From contig NC_042999.1 in the NCBI RefSeq assembly GCF_006345805.1, positions 52,638,001 through 52,702,000 on the forward strand: a DNA stretch of 64,000 bases, read 5' to 3'. This DNA comes from Octopus sinensis (taxonomy: Eukaryota). A program made the position numbers and the translations under genes. Shown here in pieces: positions 25,793 to 36,818 of this stretch (positions within the stretch are counted from its first letter, which is position 1; each line of letters begins with the position of its first letter). Below the pieces are notes generated by a model. That model was not told the DNA's origin. It did not search any database and worked only from the letters and a program-made list of their open reading frames with translations.

Positions 25793-25933
25793 TGGGGAGG
25801 AGAGAATGAGAGAGAGAGCGGGGGAGAGAATGAGAGCAAAGAAAAATGATATATAGATATTAAAATATTGTTAACGCAATCTTTGATGTAATGAGGCTTA
25901 AATTTTGCAAATTAAATGCATTCTATTCTTCAG

Positions 25934-26299
25934 GAAAGATACTTTTTGACCTTGACCTGCACGTCACAGCGGAAATTTGGCTTCGGAGGGCCACTCAGAT
26001 GAGTCAGCGAAAAGATCTGGAAGCTGCAACACTCTTCCAGAAAATCCGAGTCCATCGATTATATCAACCCCTGGTGAAAGATTCTAAAGTGAAAGTAGAT
26101 TTTACACTATATGGACGTGCCGTAGTGGCGAGAGAAGATGTAAAGGCTGGTGATATAGTCCTTGCGGATCGACCTGCGGTATTTGCTCAGATATTAGAGA
26201 AGGATCCTGTGTTGGCCTGTCCAAATTGTGCCAAATCTCTAATGTCAGCACAAGATTACTTCGGCTCAAGTAATTTAAAGAAGAATAAAACTCTAAAAG
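25934..26299 (+). CDS. SMYD-family (SET and MYND) lysine methyltransferase, first detected coding exon: TPR motif, SET-N, first half of MYND
   Basis: Acceptor TTCTATTCTTCAG|GA, donor AAAG|GTAAGT, phase 1-1, 366 nt. Encodes GKILFDL..AEIWLRRA (TPR spacing), YGRAVVAREDVKAGDIVLADRP (SET-N) and CPNC. Upstream exon(s) not found. Confidence 0.9.
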
Positions 26300-26629
26300 G
26301 TAAGTCTCATCTACCACTGTATTAGTCCACACTAACCAAATTCTTGAACTGTCATTTCCGAAAAATGGAATTCATCTCTCGTACATTGGGATCACATTCA
26401 ATACTAACGTTTAACAATCGGCCAAAATTTGAAACTCGGAGAAATGATGTGCGAGTTTCTGCTTGCAATAAATTATTTGTTAAATATAATTACTTCTTCT
26501 ATTATGCAATCTCCTTTCTTCTTGTCTAGCATAAAGTGTATACACACACACACATGCGTATACATATATATGCATATGTATGTACGCACGTATTTATATG
26601 CATGTATATATATGTGTGCGTTGAGGGGT

Positions 26630-28200
26630 TACTATAAAAAATATTTTTTATATATTTATTAATCTTATAAGATTTTTAGAGTATATATAATAATTAGTGG
26701 TTTTTAATTATTTAGCTTATTCTGTATTAAGTATTATTTATGATAGTTATTTTATTAATAAATCTTATAGTATAGAGTGATTCTATTCTTTATTTGTGAC
26801 TTCATTCTATTTACATTTATTGATAAACCATAACTGTTCCCATTCACAATCTTCATTGATAAAGTGTATTTGTTCCTCACGCTTAATGAATTCTTCAACA
26901 CTTTATTCTTTTTTTGCTAATAACGTAATTCCACGTGTAATCTTATAAACGCTGTAAAGACATTTTCCGATTCAAAATTTTAGTTCATCACAAAACCTCG
27001 CTAAGCTAAGTATATATTTATATTTAAGATCTTTAAATTTTAATATTTATAAGTCTTATGGTATAATATTATTGTTTTTTTATGCTTATATCGTTGTTTA
27101 TCTAATTATCGTAATTTTTTATATAATTATTAGATATTAACTTCAAGTTTATTCGCAAGATTTTACTTAGCGATAGATATGTTGTTTGATAGCAAGTATA
27201 TGAGTTGGTTAAAGTTAGATTCATGTATATACATGTATTAATAGCATTAATTGTAGTTTTAAATCTCTTATAATTATTATTTTAACTTATATATTGTCTT
27301 TTCAAATTGTTATTTGCTAGTTACATTATTCCCATTGATAAATATATATATAGTATTTATTTGTTACTATATAACTACGAATTGATTATTTCTTTAAGTA
27401 CTTTAAAGATAAGATTGTTTGTTTGTATTTTTGAAATTAGCTATTTCATCTTTAAATATGAAAAATTAATTTAATAGGTCTTTATTATATGTGCATATAT
27501 ATTTATTTATAGAGATTATTTTAGATCTTAATTATAATATTTATATACATTTATATATTTTCATTGATAATTTATATATTATTTAAATTTTATATTTTAA
27601 TAATATGAATAATCATTTTTATTTGTAAAATATTTATGTAATTAGATATTGACTATTACTGATATTAGATCATTGGTGGGTTTCTTACCTTAAAAATTAA
27701 TACTTAAAAATTAAAATTAATATTTAACATTATAATCGTTGTTTTGACATAATCATAATCGTTAAGTTTCTATTTTTATAATAGAGTTTTTTATAAGAAA
27801 ATTTATTATATTATTTATTTCTTAAAAAATATTGTTTAGATATTTTTGATTATTTATTAAAATATTACAATTAACCTGAAGATTGACTGTAACCATAACT
27901 CGAATAATTAATTGAATTTAAATTATTGTTATTCGAATTGGTTACGTGCATGAAACGATCGTAGTGTTTTTACTCTATATTTTATATTAAACTTTTAATA
28001 CTCTTTGATAGTTTATAAAAAAAATAAAAAAATATAAACAAAAATTAAAAAAATAAATAATTAAATAAAATAATAATAGAAATATATATATATATTTAAA
28101 TATATATATATATTTATAATTTATAAGTTTAAATATTAATTTAAATAATTGGATTTTTATATTTTATATTTTATATTTTATATTTTTTATATATTTTTTA
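26630..28200. other. Extremely AT-rich block; possible garbled duplicate of nearby sequence (assembly artefact) or hypermutated copy
   Basis: Abrupt drop in G+C. Shares CTGAAGATTGA (27876 vs 24108) and TGCATGAAACGATCGTA (27947 vs 24163) in the same order with the 24.1-kb region. Confidence 0.45.
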
Positions 28201-28271
28201 ATTAATTTTATTTCTATGTACTGGCTTCTGATTTTCGATATTTGATTTGCCTAATAGTGGTTTTATCTCTA

Positions 28272-28310
<39 letters not shown>

Positions 28311-28320
28311 TATGTGTGTA

Positions 28321-28382
<62 letters not shown>

Positions 28383-28419
28383 TATACACACATATATATA
28401 TGTATATATATATATTATT

Positions 28420-28455
<36 letters not shown>

Positions 28456-28590
28456 ATATATATATTATATATATTATATATATATATATATATATTATTT
28501 ATATATATATATATATATATATTTATGTATGTGTATATATGTATGTGAACATATGTGTTTTTTTAATACTAGGAATCAGGTGATAGCTGC

Positions 28591-29480
28591 GATGAAATCA
28601 GGAGAATAGAGAGGGTGATCAGCCAATTCAAAGCCACAGTCACGCACAGCAGCCAATGAAACGACAGGCTTGTGTGCTGGAGCAATGTTCTGATGAAACA
28701 AGATTCCTTTCCTCAGTTTTCCTTGCTGTTTGGTCTTGATAGTCTTTCGTTGCTGCCTCAGCAATTAGGCATGGTTCCCTTCACTGATAGTGCAATCAAT
28801 TTGAAGATGGTCACAACAAACCTGAGGCCATCATCTTCTCTACAGATGAAATGACCTTGGTTTTCTCTAGAGCTAAGAGGAGGAGGTGTTTCCATTGCAT
28901 GGATTGTTTCTCTGCCTCTGGCTCAAAGTGATGAAACTAACGCTCATCTTGGGTTGGGAAATGTTCAAGGAAACCAGTTGGATTTGCCTCAGACAATGTC
29001 AGATTGTCCCGTGATGGGATCAGCCTGGTGCGCTTTTGAACAGAAAACTTCGTAATGCCAAGCTCATTGTGCAGAATCTTCTCAACTCCCCCCTCTCTCT
29101 CTCTCTAGATATGCTAATAGTTTTGGCTATTGGATTTTTAGTAATCCATCAAAATGCGGTGAATAAACTCAATGTTTTCCTCAGTGGTGGTAATTTCAGG
29201 ACGTCCAGACCTTGAGTTATCTTCAAGATTCTCCCCTCCTAAATTTAGTTGCCAACTTTTGCAGTGTTCATAAAGCTAGAATGTCATTCTCTAATTTAAG
29301 TACCATGTCAGCATGAATGCTGTTTGAGACTAAATCCTTTTACTGCAGTCACTTGATAGCACCACACTACCAAATTGTGTCCAATTTGAAGAGAAGTCCC
29401 TACTGGCTCTTTGAACAGTTAGATGTCAGTTTACCTGGGTAAAAGCAATTAATAAGAAGAGCTGAAATTAATGTATGCAA
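28591..29480 (-). mobile_element. mariner transposase remnant in SMYD intron
   Basis: Minus strand SGRP..TTEENI, ILHNELG, TQDE..HHFEPE.EKQSMQWKH and GILFHQNIAPAHK...DCGFELADHPLYSPD (mariner QDNAPAH/YSPDL). Multiple stops and frameshifts. Confidence 0.85.
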
Positions 29481-30112
29481 GATTTCACAACACTAGCATT
29501 ACTCTTTCATAGTCAGCCTATGGACATTTCAGATATGTACAGAGAGTAAAAGTGAAAAAGAGAGAGACATTTGTATATCATACTTAAAACACATATCGCA
29601 TTGAAAGCCTTATATAAGGCGATATTCGTCTCAAGTTAGCATTACTTACAGACATTTAATGTTAAAGAAACGGAAAAATATCGGCAGCAGACAGAAAAAT
29701 ATCGGCAGCAGCGGTGGTGACATTGGCATTGCTAAGATCTTATAAACATAGTTACTAAATGTCTACAAAAGGTGCTTTCTGGAGACGAATACCATGGTTT
29801 TCACGCTTTCAAGATTATATCTTCATTAAGTATGATATACATATAGCTATTTAGAACTAACACTTCTTCTCTCCCTAATAACGCATGCGCGCACACATAT
29901 ATAGATACGTATAAGTTTGCATGCATATATTCATACATGCACGCACGCGTGCAACCCCCTCCCCACCTGTTTATCATCTAGTTATATTTTAGTTATATTT
30001 TACATGTCTAATGACTGAAATGGGATTTTATCGAAATCATTTGCTATTCATTTATTTTTTTTTGTATATGCATCTAGATCTCTCCTTTTTTATATATATA
30101 TTTCATATTCAG

Positions 30113-30455
30113 CCGCTGTTACCAAATACTGGCCAATTGTACCACGAATTCCTTGCAGTGGATGCGACAAAGAAATATATTGTTCGGAAACATGTCGTGA
30201 AGAAGCCTGGTCGAATTATCACGAGGTTCTGTGTCCATCTGTCAATCCGGAAGCTAATAAGCTGTACGATATCTGTCAGAAAATCAAAGAATTAAGTGAA
30301 CAACGACGAAAAATATGGAGCGCCAGTTTTTGTCCAACTATCCTTGCTCGAATTTGGGCTGCCATCTGTTGTCATGCGAAGAGACTGGCTGCTGAAAATG
30401 GTTCCACCACACCAACACAGATGCAATGGGCTATTGCTAAAGCTCCATACAGACG
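30113..30455 (+). CDS. SMYD-family methyltransferase, internal exon: second half of MYND and SET-I
   Basis: Acceptor TTTCATATTCAG|CC, donor AGACG|GTACAG, phase 1-2, 343 nt. Reads AAVTKYWPIVPRIPCSGCDKEIYCSETCREEAWSNYHEVLCPS...PTILARIWAAIC...KAPYR. Absent from the ORF track (that frame has no suitable start). Confidence 0.92.
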
Positions 30456-30577
30456 GTACAGTCTATAATTTATAGTGTATTACACATGCGCGCGCACACA
30501 CACAAACACATAATATCTGCAAGTTCTTATTTCTACAGTTCTATATTTAAGAGATGAAGAATGATGTGCATTATATA

Positions 30578-30666
30578 CATTATTTACATTTGACGGATAT
30601 TTGTCCTCATCTTGCTTGTTGTTAATACAAGGCATTTTTCGATGCTATAATAATAATAATAATAAT

Positions 30667-30698
<32 letters not shown>

Positions 30699-30754
30699 TA
30701 ATAAAAATAATAATAATAATAATAATAAAATAATAATAATAATAATAATAATAA

Positions 30755-30848
<94 letters not shown>

Positions 30849-30995
30849 TAACATCGAAAAATACCTTAGGAATGAGAACTCAGGTTCCAAATTTCCCCCA
30901 AGACACCTGATGAAGGATGGAGGATATATCAGCCGAAAAGTTGTGTTAACAACAAACAAGATGAGGACAAATATCCGTCAAATGTAAATAATGTA
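30578..30995. mobile_element. Penelope-like pLTR remnant in inverted arrangement around an (AAT)n/(ATT)n tract
   Basis: 30578-30626 is the reverse complement (1 mismatch) of 30946-30994. CATCGAAAAAT occurs at 30852 and, inverted, at ~30634-30644. The forward copy holds a hammerhead-like core. Confidence 0.6.
30903..30946 (+). ncRNA. Minimal type I hammerhead ribozyme-like motif (probably degenerate)
   Basis: ACAC-CTGATGA-A-GGATG-loop-CAGCC-GAAA-AG-TT-GTGT. Stem I ACAC/GTGT and stem II GG.TG/CAGCC with one mismatch. Stem III is AG where the palindromic CG of Penelope minimal hammerheads is expected. Confidence 0.55.
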
Positions 30996-31444
30996 AATAA
31001 TGTTCTTATTTCTAATTTCGAAATATTGGGAATGCTATGTAATTAAAATGTTTTCTTTTAAAACTGAATATGAATACTTTCGGTAATAGTCTATATTCAG
31101 TTGTAGTCTAGAAATTATGGTCTCAGCTGTTTCACTTTATTAATATTTCTATCTGATTCACTTGCCATAACGTATATACACATACGAATATATTTAAAAC
31201 TGTTTGTCTGGCGTATTGAATATTAAAATAAGGATAAAAATAGGGCAATAAGTTAATGTAAAAGAATTTAGTGTATCGTAAATTCGAAAATGAATAAAAT
31301 CTTTAAAACACATTTAGAAGGCTTCTAAGTGGACTTTTAAAGATGTGCATTTAATAATAATAAATCATATTACTCTACCTCCGGTATTTGAGTACTATTT
31401 TTACCCGCCTTGCTTCATATTTGCACTTACTTTGGTACTTTGGT

Positions 31445-31486
<42 letters not shown>

Positions 31487-32214
31487 TGTCTGATGATGTC
31501 TTACCTGGCCGAAACATACAAGTTGCTCTGAATAATATCCTTGCTTAAGATTGATAAATTTGTACTCTACAAAAATAGAGGGTGACAAACCCCGTCGATG
31601 CATCCAGTCCTGTTCGTTTAAGCTGTCGGGAAGCTAGTTGCAGAAGATTTTGGCACGTGAATTTCTTCCCTCAATTTTTCATGGAAGGAAGGTTTTTATG
31701 ATATTTTGGGGGTGTCTTCTTCTATTATAATAATTCTGTTGACGGAAGGAGCTGGAATACGAAGAATGAAGTTATCTGTCGGAGTAAATTCAATAACCGT
31801 TTATTCACTGGTCCTTCGCACAAGGGGTTTGCTTTTAGTAAACATCTTCACAGCAGTGCGTAGTTACTATAAACGTGAGGTTCAATAACCTCTGGAGACA
31901 ATGCATGTGGCATCACAACGAGACAAAATTCCGGGGGAAATGTCTTTTCCTTAAATAATGGTTGCAGGCGAGATCTCGTTTTTGTCGCGCGTATGGCAAT
32001 GATTGCAGGCGAGATCTCGCTGTTTCAAAATGGAGCTGGATTCTTTGTGCATCACTACAGGGGCTACCCCTATGAACGCCTGTGCGAAAATAGAAAATAA
32101 CTGGAGCAGGCACGAGAAAAGAGCGAAGATGGTAATCGATCGCAAACAAGATATGGTATAAACACGTGACAAAATCAGATTAAAGTCAAATTATTTTTAT
32201 TATATCAGAAAAAT

Positions 32215-32890
32215 AGTAAAGTGGTTAGCACACCGTGATAAATGCTTAGCCGTATTTCGTATTATGCAGCGAGCTGACATAAGGCAGCGAGATGGCAGAA
32301 ACGTTAGCGCGCCGGGCGAAATACTTAGCGGTAATTTGTCTGCCGCTACGTTCAGAGTTCAAATTCCGCCGAGGTCGACTTTGCCTTTCATCCTTTCGGG
32401 CTCGATAAATTAATTACCAGTTATGCACTGGGGACGATATAATCGACTTAATCCGTTTGTCTATCCTTGTTCGTTCTCTCTGTGTTTAGCCCTTTGTGGG
32501 TAGTAAAGAAACACGTATTTCGCCCGTCTGAACATTCTGAGTTCAAATTCAGCTTTGCCTTTCATCCTTTCCTGGTCGATAAAATAACTGCCAGCTGAGT
32601 AGTGGGGTCGATGTTATTGAGTAACCACTTCTCCCAAATTGAAGCCCTTGTGCGTAGAGTAAAAAAAGGGATATATCTGAAAATAGTAAGGCGGTAAGCT
32701 GGCAGAATCGTTAGCACGTCGGAAGAAATGCTTAGCGGCATTTCATCGCTCTTTATGTTCTGAGTCCAAATTCCGACGAGGTCGACTTAGCCTCTCATAC
32801 TTTCGGTTTCGATGAAATAAGTATCAGTTACTTACTGGCGTCGATGTAAACGACCCAAGATCTCAGGCCTTGTTACCTATAGTTGAAAGG
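32215..32890 (+). mobile_element. Cluster of nested/tandem tRNA-derived SINEs (GAGCTGGCAGAA family)
   Basis: At least three GAGTTCAAATTC B-box bodies and heads at ~32215, ~32285 and ~32690. Confidence 0.8.
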
Positions 32891-33353
32891 ATTATAGCTG
32901 AACATAATAATAAAGTATTCGGGACGGTTTCACCAAGAACATCTCCTGCTGGTTGTGCACCAGCATGGTCGTAATCTAACGACAAACCTAAACAAATTAA
33001 GAATAAATCAAGGGAAATGAAAGTCATATTTAAAAGCTAATCAATAATTTTACATTGAACAATAAAAAGTTGAATACGACAAAATTATTCGATAATTTTG
33101 AATTCTGTAGAGTAACATAAAGTAACGAATATATGGTGGAGAGTTATACGTCAATGAACCTTGGTATATGACTGGTATCTAGAATGTTTAGTGCGGTACT
33201 TAACTTACGAATCCAAACATTTAATAATTTCACAGGCTCGCATTTATTCACACTTCATCAATATCAAGTCTCATATCGAGATACTGTAATTCCCAACTAT
33301 TTCCGAATATATTTATCGAATGTATTAACATTTTTTTTTTCTTTCTTTTGCAG

Positions 33354-34053
33354 TTTTATTGCATATGGAGCCCAGGGTGTTGCAGGCAAATTCACGGTGA
33401 TGCATCAAGTTATGAAAGATGTCTTCAATGGTCTTCCTGAAGGTTTGCGTTACGATGTAACACCGCGTGAGTTCGACGGACGTTATCTACAAATGGCATG
33501 TAACGTACAATCATTCTCTGATGGACGAAATCCATTGCATTGTTTCTTAAATTCAATCAGTAATTTCTCTCAATATGCCCAGATTGCGGACCTTGTCGAC
33601 GTTGACAATATTCCGGAAGCCAATTTTGCTGGCGTGTTTCCGGTACAGTCTTGCTTGAATCATAGTTGTGCGAATACTATCGAAGTAATGGACGGTGTGT
33701 CGAAAGGACGACCCGGAATTCACTTAAGAGCCCGTATAAATATCAAAGCTGGTGAAGAATTATTTAGCACTTATATCGATACATCAATCCCACGTCGAGA
33801 AAGAAGAGCTTGGCTGTTCAGAGGCTACAATTTCTGGTGTCAATGTCCACGATGTAAATTTGAAGGAGACGGGCCAGATGTGTGTGCTAACTGTGAAACA
33901 CAAGCTCCAGAGGGAAAGCAATTCCCAGCCTGTGGTAAATGCCGGAAAGTTTGGTATTGTTCTCCAAAGTGTCAAAAGATTGCCTGGAAAGCTGGACACA
34001 AGAAAATTTGCAGTATGAGTCATTCAAAACTTTGCAGTTATAATCTTTATTAG
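33354..34053 (+). CDS. SMYD-family methyltransferase, terminal coding exon: SET-C, post-SET, second MYND finger
   Basis: Acceptor T-rich tract-TTTTGCAG|T, phase 2 matching the previous donor. Motifs GVFPVQSCLNHSC, EELFSTY, YNFWCQCPRC, then CANC...CGKC...YCSPKC...HKKIC. Stop TAG ends at 34053. Confidence 0.95.
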
Positions 34054-34514
34054 CACGTATCGCTACACAGCATTAGTAGAAGGTTTTAGATTACCGCTGT
34101 TTGCTATTTATTAATGTTTTCATGTTTTGTTTAATTTTATGATTTGGTTGTTAATTTACATTTTCAGTCTGTTTATTCTTGATATTTCCTACAGAATTCA
34201 GTGTAGTTCTGCTTGAAGAGCTTCAATATGTTCAGCAACTATAGCGCTAGCAGATATACATACATACATACATACATATATACATACATACATACATAAT
34301 ACATACATACATACATACATACATGCTTACATACATACATAATACATACATATACATATACACACACACATATATATAAAAGATATACACATATATGTAT
34401 GTATGTATATATATATATATAATATATATATATATAGATATATATATATATATTATATATATATATATATATAATATATATATACACACACACACACACA
34501 CATACATACATATA

Positions 34515-34667
34515 TACGACGGGCTTCTTTCAGTTTCCGTCTACCAAATCCACTCACAAGGCTTTGGTCGGCCCAAGGATATAGTAGAAGACACTTGCCC
34601 AAGGTGCCACGCAATGGGACTGAACTCGGAACCATGTGGTTCGTAAGCAAGCTACTTACCACACACC

Positions 34668-34670
<3 letters not shown>
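34515..34670 (-). mobile_element. CORE-type SINE 5' half
   Basis: Reverse complement of the head/CORE (GGCACCTTGGGCAAGTGTCTTCTACTATA). Confidence 0.8.
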
Positions 34671-34750
<80 letters not shown>

Positions 34751-36622
34751 ATGTATACGCACACACTCACACACACAAGCAGATAAATAAACCTGCAAGC
34801 TTACTCTATGATTGGCTTTGAGCAGCGCTTTTAATTGAAGCAATCCTGTTTCAGTTTTCCATGTAAAAAAATGGAAATATGCGTAAATATTGCATTCATG
34901 CCAGCGTTCTTTTAACTAGAATAGTGAAACCGCATGAATGCATGCACCATCTTATATTGCAGGCTGTCAAAACAGGCGCTTGCACAATTTCCTTTCAGTT
35001 TGCTTTCCATTTTCTGACACAAATGTATATATGTATGTATGTATAAACATGTAAACCTCTCTATGTCTGTATATATGTACCTATGTATGTATCCGTATAG
35101 AGTTACCCCAATGAAGATACAAAAGTAGAAATAGCTTCTTACACGTAATCTCATGAAATATGAGGAAAAAAATAATGCATGCAGACGTTTCAAAGCGAAG
35201 TTTCGATGAGAGAATGAGAGGCAGTTCAGTTAAGGGATGGCTGGGCTTCTTGTCAAAACTGATCCAATAATATTTCAACAAGATTCTATTTACGAAGGTT
35301 GTTTGAAAACAAATTTCATCATGTGAAACAGCAAACAATGTTGATATATCTTCTCTTAGCTTAAGACTCATTCTTCGTGTTTAGTAATTACAGCCAATCT
35401 GTGTCAAAGCGGTGCTTGAATGCGTGTAGCATATCGCCTCATATACATTGGTGGATATAAAATCTTTATTTGTAGGTCAACAAGGCTACCATTGGTTTCA
35501 CGCCCGAGTTTTCAGCAGTTATCAAGCCTGTCTCGTAGGATGTTGGTGTTTCTTTATTACCCACTAGGGGCCTCGTAGGATGTTGGTATTCGTCTCCATC
35601 CTGCATGAGAGTATATATAAATATATATGCATGTGTGTGTGTATGTATGTGTGTATGCACATGCATATGCAAGTGAGTTCATGTGTGCATGTCTATGTAT
35701 TTATGTATCTGCGTAACTATATGTTTTTATACAAGCATGTTAATTTGAACTAGCGAGACCCGTGAATATTTCACGGAATTAACTGTAAACTTGTTGGATT
35801 TTTTCTGAAAACTTTATCCAGAAAAACTGAAAGTGTAACCTGTGTTGTGTCTGTATCGAAAGATAGTCGCTCATCTGCTGAAGAAAATCTTTTTCTTTCG
35901 CTCTTCGCTTTTCCTTTCAACTAATCACGTGAAAACGTTATGGACGGGGTAAGTAATGCATGAACAAGAAGAATTATAAAATGTCTGCAATTAGTTGGTA
36001 TCTTCTCTTGCGTTTAGCGTGCAGGTAGGGAAATAAATTGGAAATAATCTTATAAATGAAGATATTGTCACATCTAAAATCTTTATCAAATAGTTGTTAA
36101 ACATTAAGCTTTCAGGTAAATCCTTCAATTCAACAGTTTGTTAAGTTTCCAATTTAATCTTTAATTAAACGCCAGTTAACTAACCCATGCAATTAAATGC
36201 CTGTGAAAGCTACCCTTAAATGCCTATTAAATTTGAAATTATATGTCAGTTAAACATCTTTTAAAATTATAATTAATACTCAGTTAAATGTTGTATTTAA
36301 AAAGGTCTAATTAAACGCCTGTTAAACCCTAAATTAAACTCCTATAACATCTCGAATTAAACTCCAATTAAATACAATCTCCTTTAATACCAGATATCCT
36401 ATAAAACTTCAGGCATAGAAATATATTCGGTGAGTTATTTAACGCGAGGAGTGGAGATTTCACGTCTCTGATATTTGTCCTTCCTGAAAAAAAATACCAC
36501 GCTCACATGAAGGGAGATGAAAACAGAAATGAGAGAGAGAGAGAGAAGGGGAGAAGGATTTAACTCGATGGGGAGAAGGAGAGACTGTGAGTAGTACTCG
36601 CTGTAATATATTTTTATCAAAT

Positions 36623-36818
36623 AATTTTTATGGATTGAATTCTAGTGTCTCAGAGCCAAAGTTTGGATTCTGGATCTTAAATTTTTTAAAATGAAACCCC
36701 TGGTATTATAACTATTAACACAATTTATGGATTGAATTCTAGTGTCTCAGAACCCAAGTTTGGATTCTGGGTCTTAAATTCTTTAAAATGAAACCCCTGG
36801 TATTATAACTATTAACAC
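36623..36818. repeat. ~99-bp tandem duplication (2 copies)
   Basis: TATGGATTGAATTCTAGTGTCTCAG...AAACCCCTGGTATTATAACTATTAACAC repeated with few substitutions. Confidence 0.9.

Noticed and set aside
25891-25933. ATG at 25891 and N-terminal MRLKFCKLNAFYSS of the 144-aa ORF; also the GKSHLPLY tail after 26299
   Set aside because: These lie outside a clear acceptor (25933) and donor (26300). They are intronic read-through.
30011-30295. 94-aa ORF overlapping the SMYD internal exon
   Set aside because: Wrong frame. The MYND cysteines are in a different frame that is phase-compatible with both neighbouring exons.
31955-32020. TTGCAGGCGAGATCTCG repeated twice; similar short pairs at 13645-13706 and 35531-35587
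   Set aside because: Only two units each, with no spacer series. Not CRISPR and no function can be supported.
33184-33353. First 57 codons of the 289-aa ORF
   Set aside because: They include the T-rich polypyrimidine tract and CAG acceptor. The exon starts at 33354 in the phase required by the upstream exon.
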